Shown here: in pieces, positions 11,764 through 24,785 of the stretch
Layout of the letters: every line of letters begins with the position of its first letter
How positions within the stretch are numbered: the first letter of the stretch is position 1
Source: Conidiobolus incongruus B7586
Lineage: Eukaryota
DNA length: 37,257 nt
NCBI GenBank assembly: GCA_000697335.1
Contig: JNEM01008356.1
Coordinates: forward strand, 1 to 37,257
Reading direction: 5' to 3'
Program-made: the position numbers and the translations under genes
The notes under the pieces: generated by a model
The model's input: the letters and a program-made list of their open reading frames with translations, nothing else
The model's database searches: none
Told to the model about the DNA's origin: nothing

Positions 11764-11771
11764 TATTTATA
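11764..11771 (-). promoter_or_regulatory. Putative TATA box of the 36-aa micro-gene
   Basis: Minus strand reads GATATAAATAGCCC, 70 nt upstream of the ATG at 11693. Confidence 0.55.
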
Positions 11772-14700
11772 TCAGTTAGAAGTTGAATATCTTAAATATC
11801 GGAAATTATATTTTAGTTGAATCAGGGTTTGATTCAGTTTGGGGAATTAAACCCAATTTAGCTAAATCAATTTATTAAATAACAAATTATCAATAAGAAA
11901 TTATTCCAAGCAATCAAATATTAATTATTTTATTATATTCTCCTTCAATCCCTTATTTCTTATGATCTTGTCTGGATTATTACTGGTCCAATGAAAATAC
12001 ATCTTTAAATTCATTTTCTATTATTTTGGATAAGTTTATGATTGCCCTGAATATCATTACAAATCATTCTATTTAAAAAATTTTAATTAATTTAAATTTG
12101 ATTTCCGTTTTTTATATAATGAAAAGAAATATTAAATTTGATCAAAATTATTAAAAGCGCTATACCTTAAAAATAAATTTCACTACATTTTTCTCTTTGA
12201 TATTTTTACTAGTTTCAAGCAATTGTTTCAATTTTGATATTTTTTTTATAATTTTTTATACTATACTTTATAAATATATTCTGTATCAATTTCCTATAAT
12301 TGGTATGTTTGAATAGCAACTAAAATTTGATTGGAGAAAAAATAAATTGATAAACACATGTGGAGGCACATGGTGAGGCAAATTAAATGAGTTTAAATTG
12401 AATTAAATAACAAAGAAAAGTTAAATAACTACTAAACAGCATATTAATTTACTAAATTAACGAATTTTGATATATGCTACATGTATCAAAAAGTAGTATA
12501 CAATATTAATGAAATAACTTATTATTGTAAAAGATTTCAACATTGAATAATATGTTAATAGAATTCTTTTTAATTTACAATTTATCAAAATAAATATTAT
12601 CCAACAAATAAAAATAGACATGTGGTATATGAATCCATAAATATACTCCTGATTTTTGTTTAACCCTATGTTTAAAATATATTTCATGTTTCATATCGGA
12701 TTTTCATATTTTCAAATTGTATACAAGATCAAAAATGAAAATACTTTTAATTTTGATCTACCCCATTAATTGTATTTTAAATAATAGATTATTATTTTTC
12801 ATACCTGAATTCATCATTATCTTATAAACTAGAATAATGAGTGTTACTATATTGGGATATATCATCATTCGATATATTTCTTTATAGACTAGCTAAAATA
12901 TGGAATTATTTAATAACAAATAATATTTATAAGAATTGATATTTATTTTACATGATAATAATAGAGTTATATTGGATTAATTTTAAAATGCATTTAATCC
13001 TTGATGAAATCGAAGTTCGAAGTTAATAATTGGTTTTTAAATCAAAAATATTTTTAATTCACCATTAGATCAAAATTTCATTTATAATAGATAAAATAGC
13101 TACATATTTTATATGCTATTAATTTTAAAAATCAGAAAAATAATTGAGTATTATTTTGAAACTTTGAAATGATTATTCAGGAAAAAAAATGATAAATTCA
13201 AAAATAAATTTTGAAATATTAATAGCATAGAAGTTTGATTATTAATTAATATATGTATATAAAAAATATATCTAAAATATTTATTAAATTGATAATTTAT
13301 CAAATACTTTTATTTTTAACTTTATTAATCAAATATCAAATCAAAATTGGTAATGTATGAAAAATATTGATTAATAACATTCATATTTTCAGTAAAATTC
13401 AATTTATTATTATATTTTAATAATAATTCATATTTTGAATTAATAAATATATTTAAATCTCTTTTCATTCCAATTTAGTCTCGTTTATTAATGTGAATAA
13501 TTATTAATATGCTATAAAAATATATGGTTTGAATTCTCTAATCTAATTTGATTTAATATTCTAATTTAGAAATATATTTCAGATCTTTCCTTTATTACTT
13601 AAATGAAATCATATTTAATGAAATATATAAAAGAATGTTAAAATAATATGCCAAGAAAAACAATATTTTATGAAATTTAATTCTTATATTACAAGTAATT
13701 CTCTTTTTATTCATTTTATTCTTTTATTTACTTTGACTATAGGCATAAAATTGTGCACACATATATTTTACAAAAAATTGTTGTAGTAAAATTCAAGTTA
13801 TTATCATTAAATATATTCTATCGACATGATATTCGTATTTAAATTATATGTTAAATAAAATATATGATTTCCATAATATATATCACAAGGGGTATTATTT
13901 TTAGTTAAAACCAAATCAAATATTTATTGCGCAAACATATTTACGTTATTATTACTGGATTTAAGAATTTCAAGTATTTTTTGATCAAAAATCTTATAAA
14001 AGTTAAAAGCTCATTATAAATAAAAGTATCGCTTGAAGGATAGGAGAAACATCCTATTTGATTCATCATTTCCTATATTGCTTCCTAAACATTTCATAAG
14101 TAATTGTAGTCAAATAGTCAAATAAATTTATGACTTTTTATTATTTGAGAATATTATGAAAATTTGGTGACTAAAAGTACTTCAATAAATATTAAAATTG
14201 AGAACAAAAATTAATTAATTAAATAATTCAAAATATGAATTGATATAATAAAATCATATTTTGACTAAATATGTTTTAAGAGAATAATGATCAAAAATGC
14301 ATATACTGAAGATTTGATTTAATCACACTGAATCCATGGTTGTTTATAAATTTAACATTATTCACAAAACGACATATATCGAACAATATATAAAATTGTA
14401 TATTTTGATCTTTAGTTATATAATTATTTAACAAAAGAGTTTTTAAATAACAAATTTCACACATAAAATCACTTAGTTAATATATGATTAATATTAAACA
14501 AAAAGCAATAATTGGTTATATACAATATATTTTGAATAGAGGCTTGAAACGGTGAATTTTATTTCAGTTTAAGAAATAGGTTATTGTAGAATTATACATT
14601 AGTTCGTTCATTTAACTAATTTTTTCACAGGATTTTATGAGTACATTTAATTTTGGAAGTCATGAAAATTAGCTATTTTTTAATTTTACACCAAATAAAG

Positions 14701-15679
14701 AGGATGAAATCTTTGTAATATTCTGAATATCAAGTATATTTAATTGTGTGTATTAAATATATTATAATATAGACCCAATTAAAAAACATATGTCGTTATA
14801 TTTGTAATAAATTGTGCTATATTTTTATTATATCAACTTATAAAATTAATTCGTATATTAAATGAATAATAATAAAAATTTATTTACTCAATTGTCATTT
14901 AATTAATTACGTGTATTTAACAATTCATACTAGGTTTCGTAGATTATTTTATTATTGTTGAAATATTAGCTATTTTTGATATAAACGTTAATACTATTTT
15001 TATATACTCTAAACAATATCTCAATAAAATATTCAGTTTACAATTAGATAAGAGGTATCATACAAATTGAATTCTTGTTAATATGAATTATTGAAAATTG
15101 CTAATCAAAATTGGGAATATATGTTGAATTTTTCACCTTTTCTATTTATGATAAAATTTATTGTAATAAATATATCGGATATTTAATATATATTTCAAAC
15201 TTTGTAGTAATTTAAATACATTTTACTTGATTTTTCTGATTTAAAAATATATAATGAGGAAAATTTTTTTGATTACATCACAAGTTCATTAATATTTGTA
15301 TTACTTGAGAATTCAAAATATCAACCTATTCAGAAAAATAAATTGTTTTATATTTAATGGAATTATACTATTTTATAAACATCTTTAACTGTATTAATGA
15401 TTTTGAATTATAAAATTTTCCTTTTGATTATTTGAATATATAACTTTAAACTTTCTTTAATAACTTTGAGTTAAAATTTAATTTGAATATCACAACTTGA
15501 ATTAGTCTAATATTTTAATTGAAAACTAATTATAAATTATAAAATCAATATTATGAGTTGAATATTTATGGTTTAACTAGATTTAAATTAATAAATTATT
15601 TGCTATTAACTCACGAGGTAATTTCACATTTAACTAAACCTATTCAATATTAAATTTCAGCTAGTTCAATTTGAAATCA

Positions 15680-15815
15680 CTCCTAATCCCCCTCGTTTGG
15701 GATTTTAAGCTCCTATTCGGGTAATGAATCTACTCTTAGTATCCTCAACCTTCTCCACATAATTCCATCTTTCTCTGCCGTCCTTGTCACAGTATAAATA
15801 CCCCCACTCACTCCA
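15680..15815 (+). promoter_or_regulatory. C-rich promoter with TATA box for the 34-aa micro-gene
   Basis: Pyrimidine/C-rich island with TATAAATA at 15793-15800, CCCCT at 15689-15693, and CTCCAC at 15753-15758 and CCCCAC at 15802-15807 (both SYGGRG on the minus strand). Confidence 0.55.
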
Positions 15816-15894
15816 ATTTGTTAAATCATATATATTTATTTCTTAATAGTAATCTTTAATACATTTAATTAATCTTACTTACATATAATTAATA

Positions 15895-15999
15895 ATGAAC
15901 TCAAAACAATTCCTCAAGAAGATAGTTTTCTCTCTGTGCTTATTATGTTTAACTGTTTCTGCAGCTCCACAAGCACCTCGTAGGATGCCTTTGAAATAA
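15895..15999 (+). CDS. 34-aa secreted micro-peptide precursor MNSKQFLKKIVFSLCLLCLTVSAAPQAPRRMPLK (not in ORF track)
   Basis: Hand translation. Basic n-region, hydrophobic core, V-S-A cleavage site, then APQAPRRMPLK-stop. Upstream TATA/C-rich promoter and the same layout as 11583-11693. Confidence 0.7.
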   Translation: MNSKQFLKKIVFSLCLLCLTVSAAPQAPRRMPLK

Positions 16000-16478
16000 A
16001 AATTTATATACAATAACCTTGACACGTTTCGAGCAATATAATATTATCAAAAGTATGTTTTCACTAATTCCTTCAATAAATTCTAAATCGCTTGGTCATT
16101 TTACATAGTGTGTTAATATATCATTGAATTTAGAAAAATTCTTTACTATATTTCCAACAAATATCATATTAAAAGTATGAAAAAGTATTACATATATTTT
16201 TATACCAATAAATAGTGTATGTATTAGCTTGATTAGTTAACTATCAGTTTTCGTTATTTTTACTTTGAATAATTATATTACATTAATTAATTTAAACTTA
16301 TTTTAAATGATGAATGATGATAATAAAAAAATTTACTATAAAAATATTTATTGAGAGTTGAATGTTATTATAGTAGTATATCATTAATAAGAATATAATA
16401 TGTGATTCTCAATAGTAAGCCAAGATAGCAAAAATACTTTGTTTATGTATTAATTTTATTAAATGGAACTTGTTTATA

Positions 16479-17960
16479 TCAACACTCTAAAGTAGGCTTA
16501 GAATCCTTAGATTCCCCATTACCAGTCTCATCCCTTTTGCAATCTCGATAAGTTAATGTGTACTTATTGCTATCCCATTTAGGTCTGAGCATGTTGAATT
16601 TTTCAGTATCCCATTTGGCTTGCTTCATCAATCCTTGAATTAATAGATCCCGTTGAACTAGCTCAAATTCATTTTGGAATTTGGGACTTGGCCAAGTCAC
16701 CCAAATATCACCAGTCCCATTGAATGGGTCACTTAGTAGTTCTGTCGACTGGGTTATATTGTACATGTTACTCATTAATGAGTCTAAAGTAAAAAGCATA
16801 TAATCTAATGTGATGCTGGAGTCAATCTTTGATGCAATATCATGATGAATTTTAGTAACTGGTGCTAGAATATTATAATTAACAGGAAATTCAATGTCAT
16901 CAGTAACTTGGATAAGATAATCATAAAAATTAGAATGAATTAGAAAAAAAATATGGAGTACACAATTGTTCTGAATCGGTCTTTTGTTTCTTGAATATCA
17001 AAGTGGGATGATGGATGTAATAAAACTTCTCGAAGTCGTAAATATCCACGGTTGATAATTTTGGCATAATTTTGTTGATGTGTTAAACCTGGGGCAATTA
17101 AGGCTGCATAATCACCGAAGTCTCTGTCGTGGCCTAAAAACGATACTGCCACAGATTTTAATTGCTATTAGTTATAGGTAATTGGTATTCTCTCAGAAAC
17201 TGACAAGATCCTTTATAATTAGCATATTTCCAGTTTCGAAATTCAATATGCTCTTTCAACTCGCTAATCTGTTTGATAGCATGGAAAAATCGAACTTCAT
17301 TGCACAAAAAATAAATGGTGAGTTTATCAGATAAGTCCAACAATAGATCAAGGAATTATGGTATGTCTTCATTAATACCGTTGCTATATTGATTTAAAGT
17401 ATACTCACAGTTGTCTAAGATCAATATAGGATAAATCTTTTTAGCAAGACTGTCTATAGCTCTAGTCATAACATCCCTTAAATCTCCAGGTTCTACTAAG
17501 TGAATAATGGTTATTATTACAATTCTCTAATTTAGCCACTTCATTCTTTTGTAATTGTTTGGACACGAAAGTATTAAACTCTTCTTGAGCAGTTTTTGGA
17601 CCTATTGAAAGGTATGCTATCCCTTTTACACCAATACTAGTTTTACGAAATTCAAGGGTCATACCACAGCGAAAGGGACCAAAATAAGCAACCCAAGAAC
17701 TTGCCCCATTTAGTTTTTTACTCTCAGCTCTATTTGTAAGTTCTCTATTTAAAATTTGAATATATTCATGGACTAAATAGATCTCTTTAGGGTCTGAAAT
17801 TGGGCTTTCGCCAGGTTCAGAAAAGATTTTAGAAATATTAATAGGTAAGACATGCTTAACAAAATTTCTTTTTTGACTTTCGGCAAATTATAAATAATGA
17901 TTACAATCAAAGAAATGGAATAATAATCCAATAAATACCCAATTCACAAAGGGATTTAAT
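16479..17960 (-). pseudogene. Disrupted P-loop (AAA+/STAND-like) ATPase gene with possible N-terminal membrane anchor; 5' end approximate
   Basis: Four track ORF fragments join through frameshifts. Walker A-like AYFGPFRCGMT (G to T at 17680-17657), Walker B ILILDNCE (17427-17404), in-frame TAA at 17358-17356, and frame changes near 17510, 17160 and 16945. Confidence 0.6.
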
Positions 17961-18448
17961 GATATAAAAGTCTTTTTTTGAACAAATTAATAGCCTTTGT
18001 AGAGTGAATAAATTTGATTATTGAATTTTGGAATTTTGGTTGTATATGTGTAATATATTAGAGTAATCAATTTGGCTGGCATATCAATTAAAAAAAGGAT
18101 ATTGGAAATTTACAAAATCGAATAATTAAAATATTGAAAAAGAGATTAAATGTTTAAAACTATATATCATCTAATTTAGATTTATAATCATATCGAGCAT
18201 TTTATCTTATTTATTCTTGTAAAAATGAATAAAAATATGAAAAACATTACATCACATTGGTTGATTTTAGTCAATTTGGCTGTAAGCCATATTGGGTTAT
18301 ATAGTTGACTCTCTGAATTAAAACAGTACATTTAAATTAAACAAATTGAATAATTGTGGGATAAATGTAAGAATGATATCAGTATCAAATATTATGAGTG
18401 ATTAATATTATTATGTATCAATCTTGATCTTATCAATCATAATCAAAA

Positions 18449-19408
18449 ATGTCTTTGCTTTCTTTAGCTTTAAAAAATAGCAGTAAGAATAAATGATCTA
18501 TTATAATTAATATAAAATAACTTTGATTAATAATTGACATTTTTTATTTTAATATAGGAGCTCGTCTTTTTGCTCAACCTTCATTCTCCTCTCAAATCGC
18601 TAAATTTTCCAGCGCTCAAGTCCAATTCCAAGGTATAATTTGAAAATCAATCTAATTATACCTTTTTTAATCTAATCATATTTGTTTTCAGCTAATGAAC
18701 AGCTTCACCCTGCTGATCCCGAGTACCGCTCAGGAAATGACCGTTACCATGAGTATGGACAATATCTAATGAGTTTAATGCCCAAATACATTCAACAATT
18801 CACTGTTTATAAAGATGAACTTACTCTTCATGTTGCTCCCTCCGCTTTAGTTCCCACTTGCCGTATTTTACGTGATCATTCTGGATGTCAATTTAAACAA
18901 CTTGTTGATATCGCTGGTGTTGATTATCCTCATCGTTCCAATCGTTTTGAGCTTGTCTACAATTTCCTCAGTATCGCCAACAGCACTAGAATTAAAGTCA
19001 AGACTTATGCTGATGAAGTCACTCCTGTCCCTTCTTTATCTGATTTATTTAAATCTTCTATTTGGTTTGAGCGTGAAGTTTATGATATGTTTGGTGTATT
19101 CTTCACTAACCACCCCGATTTACGTCGTATCTTAACCGATTACGGTTTCATGGGTTATCCTTTGAGAAAAGACTTCCCCCTTACTGGTTACGTTGAAGTT
19201 CGTTATGACGAAGAACGTAAGCGTGTCGTTACTGAACCTTTAGAATTGGCTCAAGCTTTCCGTAGCTTTGACTACAGCTCTGCTTGGGAACAAACTGGTA
19301 TTTAATAACCATATACTTTCTTTTGTATTTATTCTAATCAAAACTTTAGGTCCTGGCCGTCCTGACTACCCTAAATCTCTCCCTAAACAAGAAAAGACTG
19401 AAAACTAA
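18449..19408 (+). CDS. NDUFS3: NADH:ubiquinone oxidoreductase 30 kDa subunit (complex I, NuoC homologue), mitochondrial precursor; exons 18449-18482, 18558-18632, 18692-19297, 19350-19408
   Basis: Signature EREVYDMFGVFFTNHPDLRRILTDYGFMGYPLRKDFPLTGY. Three GT-AG introns in phase, with an N-terminal presequence-like MSLLSLALKNSRARLF. Confidence 0.97.
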
Positions 19409-22023
19409 TTTAACAACACCAATTAAATTTTCAATTATATAAAATTTTTCAATTTAAAATTCCATTATGATTAAGTCTTATTTTCAGATATATAATTCAT
19501 TTTATAAATATATTTGAAATCCTTACCAATTTAGATATACACGTATAAATTTAGATATTCATCTCATCATGCAAGTATTAATTTGAATTTTGCAAATACA
19601 TCATCAGTCATTTTGTAGCAACAATTATCTTTTTACTTATAATTATTAACTTGATCAGATATTTTTGATCTTTATCCAATTTAATATTTCAACACTATTA
19701 TCAATTTAAAAAATATAATAATAACAAAATTATTGGAATTTATATTATCATATTTCCAGTAATATGCATATCTTTACAGAACTACAAGCGTCGCTATAAA
19801 TATCCTAATATAAAATTATCATTTTTGATATTATAATAATACTATTCTATATAAATATACTGATTTCATAGCCATTTAATACGATATTTGAAATCTTTGA
19901 TTTGGCATTATAAATCACCTTTTGTTGCTAATTAACATTTTATCAGACTATCATTCAAAAAACTTCAATTGATCATAATAAGCATTATAAAAATTGACAT
20001 AATTTGTAGTATATAATTTTATAAATATAATGATTCTTGATTTTTAATTCGTATTAAATTTGGATATTTTATGACAGTTATACATATTGATTTTGATGAT
20101 TTTTACTTGGAAAAATTTGACATCAACTTAATAAATTATATTTGTAAAATTTTAGTCATTGATATTTGGTCTATTATTATAAACATTAAAGGTTATATAA
20201 TATTTATAATAAGTGATAATTTTAATGATGGATAGATTAACCTAATGATTTATCTTAAATTTGACCTTTCCAATTTAAATGAAAATTTTAATATTGTAAA
20301 AAGTTACAATAATTAGATTAATCTAAACATGTATGTAAATTTCAAAGTATTGATATTTAACTGAAGTAAAAATGATGCTAATCTCTGTTGATTCTTTTAA
20401 TATAATATGTCATATACAGATGATTTAACCAATTTATCTTTTAAATTTAAATTTTGGTAATATTTTAAGATCACATTCTAGTAATTAAACTAATATTGCT
20501 TGATATTTTTCCAATGCAGAATCCAAAAAAAACTTGGATAAATTTCGAATACTAATATCAAAATGATGAACAAACTCGAATATTGATTATTTATTAAGAT
20601 ATTGAACTTGAAAACTATTTGAGATATATATCATATAGAATAAAGTACAAAGTGTAAAATTAATAAAAAGTATATATTATATAATTAGTAAATATAGAGT
20701 AAACAAATCAGATACTTAATAGTTTATATTATGAAATATCAAATGATATTATATCCATCACTATTATATACTTTGATATCAAAAAAAACTTTTTTCAAGT
20801 ACTTCTACTTTGAATTCTCTATAATATTAATATTATACTAATTAAAAATATTTTAAATATTCGATTTGCACTATTATACATAAATCTAAAATTATATCAC
20901 AATTTATATTTGGAAGAAATAATATAATTGGTTGATATTTCATGAATATTACAATTTGAAATTTTGAAAGAAGATATTATAATCAATATTTTTGGTTTTG
21001 ACATATAATTATTATTATAACCTGATTTATATAGCAATTACATATGGTCTTCACTAAATTGATATTTTTTACATATCGTTCACCAAAATTAAAAACATTA
21101 TTTTATGAATGATTTGAAAAGTTAATTGAACAAAAATGAAAATATATTAATAAAATGTGATTAAAGGTAATAAAAGATAATATAGATAATTTGAGTATTT
21201 TCTGTAAATTTGATTAAAAAATATAATAATTTACACCAAGTTTTATAAATGTTTATATAGTTTTGATTATTAAATAATGATTAACCATTCGAAAATACAA
21301 TATGTATTTAATAAATTTTATTTAAAATTTGAACAAATATTATCAAGATTGTTGAGATCTTATCTAGAATTATTGCAAAATATTGTATCTTTATAGTTAA
21401 TTTAGTTAGCACTTGCCAATAACAAAATGTGCTGGGCTTTAAAATAACTAGTTATTAAATTTATTGACTGTCAAGGATATTTGATATATGGCATGCTACG
21501 AATAAAGTACCCCTAAAAAACCATATTTTGAATTTTATAATTTGATTTGATTAATTAATTTGATAGAATTTTATTCATAAGTTATTTTAATTCAATGAAT
21601 TTATATCAATGTTATAATAATATTAAAAGTATAATAATATATTAATTAAAAATATATTACACATCTTGATCCAGAAAATTTATAATGATAATGATTTTAT
21701 CAAAATTTCAATATTATTGAACTGATCATAATATATATGATCAACAAATTAATTAATCAAAACCCTGATTCAAACTTAAATTTTATCTAATCTGATCAAA
21801 TTAACAATATATATTAATTAACATGGTGCCAAATTCATAGAATGACACATACATTAAATTTTATTTTTTAAAGAAATAATTGAGAGTAAATGACCTAAAA
21901 AATTAGTCGAATACATTATTTTTATTATTATTATTATTAAAGCGGTTTTAATGAATATTCGTCTGATAATTTTATCCAAAGTTAGTCCACAATCAAGAAA
22001 AATCGAAAATAGAATAAGTTCAA

Positions 22024-24029
22024 TTATAAATCAAGGAGTGATACTTTTTTACCTTTGACCTTCTTTGAGGAAGAGCCAGATGATGAAGATTGGGGTATTG
22101 AGTTGGATGATGATATAGAAGGCTTAGGTTTAGATGGAAGAGATGGGAATTCAGAGTTAGTAAGTTTAGTTTGAACTGGTGAGTTCCAAACTACGGGTGC
22201 GTGAGCTGCAAGAGATCTGGTTGGAAGAGATCTAGCTGAAGGGACTCTAGTACTAGGAGCCGAAAAATTTCTATCATTTGTCTTTTTAATAACTAAAACC
22301 TTACGAGGAGCATTGGAAGTAGATGGCACGGAAGGCTGGTTAGATGGTAAGGATGGGAAACTATTTTGGATTTTATAATCTCTCCAAGCGATTTGGAATT
22401 GAGTGGCTCTAGATTCCTCTAAAAGCGTATCAATGCCAATAAGTAATTTGGTGAGTTTGTCTAAGACCTTGGAGCCAGTTTCAGTTAGAGGTATTAGCTT
22501 TCTGACTGATTGAATATAGTTCATAGGATTAAGCTCTCTTGAAACGAGCTTAGAAGTGAGGAATCTAAATTGATTAATTTTTTGAGGCTCTCTGGTAAAG
22601 ATTGTGTTGACGCGACTCTGGATAGATGAGGGAAGAGTGAATCCATTTGAAGGTTGGCTTGTGTTTGAAGCGATTGGAGCTTGTTGAGTGGGGCTGCTGC
22701 TAGATAAGCCAGGCCATTGAGCATCTGTCAAAACACGAGGTGAAACGTTGTTACTGCTTGGCCTTGGATTAGAAGTTGAGCTAGCCGAGGTAGATACTGG
22801 AGATCGAGAAACTGGAGGTGTAGAAGAAAGCTGGCCGAAGCCCGAAGGGATATTCATTCTGCGAGTTGGCACATCATCGACATCTGAATCGTGAGCGACA
22901 TTTAAGTCGATCAATAAAGCTTGTCTATTTCTGGATCTTTGACCAGGTAAAGAATTGGGATGTTCAATTAGAAAATGATCTTTTAGATCGATATCTGTGT
23001 CAAACACAATGAACTTTTTATCTAAACAGGATTTTTCGGGACATAAATAATGCTTCTTGCGAAAATGTTGTTCAAGTGTTCTGTAGTTTTGATAATAAAC
23101 ATCCCTATCTTTTCCTTGTCTAATACAGATATGGCACTGCTCATGTTTATCTCTACAATGCTCAAATAATGCTTCATTATCAAAGAAATTTGTTTTACAA
23201 AAACCACATTTGGGATGACCTCTGAAACCATCATCTTCGGCCTGACCATTTTTAGGATTGGGATTCTTCCCATTAGCAGCGTGCTCAGCTAATTGGGCTT
23301 TAGAAAATAGAAGATGCTCGTGAGAAAATACTTTTTTATGCTCGATACATAAATTACTATTTTTATCATCAATGAAAATAAGTCAATAATGAAAAATTGT
23401 TAATACTTACCAAAGAAGTTTATGATGGACAGAACTAACATGAGCCTGAATTCCTTCCCATCCAGTCAAGGAAACGAATTTACAAGATTTGAAAGGACAA
23501 TTATATTGAAGGATTTTAGAAGCCACTTCGTAGATTTTTTGTTTATGATAATGTATGTCCAATTTTTCATCTTTTTGTACACAGTCAGAAAGAGGAATAG
23601 CTTGGAAGTGTGCATTCAAATCATCGGTTATGATAACGGCATTTAATTCAGTCTAAGATAGGTGATCAGTCATCATATTCGATGTAAAATAATTTTAATT
23701 ACCTTGCAGTAAGCACAGTTTTTATTTTTGTAAAGAGCTCGAAGTCTCAAGCAACAAATATGACAAGAAGCATGGTTGCAATTACCAATAGCGGAAAATT
23801 TAATTGGTTCGGTACAGATAAAGCATAAATGCTCTTCATTCGAATAATTTTGGATTTCTTGTTGTTTCACTTGAACATTTTGATTTTCTTCGGCTTTGTT
23901 TTGTTGTTCAGCTTTATTATTTTCTTCAATTATTTTTTTTATAGAATTGGCAGGTCTTTTATGTGAGCGTTTCTTATTAGAGGAATTTTGACTTGATGTC
24001 TTTTTAGTTTTAGCAGCACTTTCGGCCAT
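22024..24029 (-). CDS. HEL2: RING/C2H2 E3 ubiquitin ligase of ribosome quality control (Hel2/ZNF598); exons 24029-23703, 23652-23411, 23356-22024
   Basis: RING CFICTE...CNHASCHICCLRLRALYKNKNCAYCK, then CNLCIEHKKVFSHEH, GFRGHPKCGFC, HCRDKHEQCHIC and HYLCPEKSCLDKKFIVF. Ser/Pro-rich tail with FPSL motifs, and two in-phase introns. Confidence 0.92.
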
Positions 24030-24393
24030 AGTTAAATGAACAATAAGTACAAATAAATAAATAGATTAGTATTAATTTCTTCTATTGGGTTATGAATTGA
24101 TTGTAATGAAATCAATGAAAAGTATTAAATATCAAAGGATAGCAATTATTTATATTTGATTAATTTTCCTTAATAAATTTGAATACAATTTGATTTTATT
24201 CCAATCTATCCAAACTTTCTGAAAACAATTTTGCCTTTTTATTGGTTAAATGATTATATTATTACTAAATTAAGGAAATGAATATTGATGATTTCTATTC
24301 TGTAACTTTATATCCCATAATATCAGAAGTAAAAATCAATTAATAAATAGCAATAAAATTCCACATTAAAAATAATTGATAAAATCTAATAAA

Positions 24394-24785
24394 ATGAGTA
24401 ATTTTGGCCAAAGTAGACTAAAAGTAAGAACTATTCAAGAGAGAGTGAATGCTGGAGAAAAAATTCCCGATCATTTAATTGAAAAATTTCGTAGAAGAGT
24501 ACTGGATGTTAATGTCCATAATAAAAATCCTCGTAACCGTTTAATTCAATATGGCTCTTATTTTATTACTGGTGGAGTTGCATTGTATATGGTTTTATAT
24601 CATGATTATGGTTTGCAAGATCATTGTTTTATGCCCGTAAGATTTCATCACTTTACATTTAATATTTAATTTTCTAATTTTTTAATTAATTTTAGATAAG
24701 GAGATGGTATCAAAATAAACTTAATAGTTTTTGGTCGTTATCTTCTGAAGAGAAGCAAGAACTTAAAGAAAGAGGCCAGTTGTGA
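24394..24785 (+). CDS. Small single-pass membrane protein of unknown function, 110 aa; exons 24394-24636, 24696-24785
   Basis: Intron GTAAGA...TTTAG. One TM segment (YFITGGVALYMVLY) followed by DYGLQDHCFMPIRRWY...FWSLS. Divergent from HEL2 across 364 bp. Confidence 0.75.

Noticed and set aside
12457..12687. 76-aa hydrophobic minus-strand ORF
   Set aside because: I/Y/F/K/N composition expected from random AT-rich DNA, with no GC island or family motif.
15660..15820. GC-richer island considered as tRNA or other ncRNA
   Set aside because: No cloverleaf or convincing A/B boxes. Better explained as the promoter of the 15895 micro-gene.
18872..19135. Alternative-frame or antisense track ORFs inside real genes (also 4860-5057, 5442-5651, 22521-22724, 23022-23273, 23422-23646, 25968-26409, 27351-27647, 33632-34295)
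   Set aside because: Shadow ORFs of well-supported genes.
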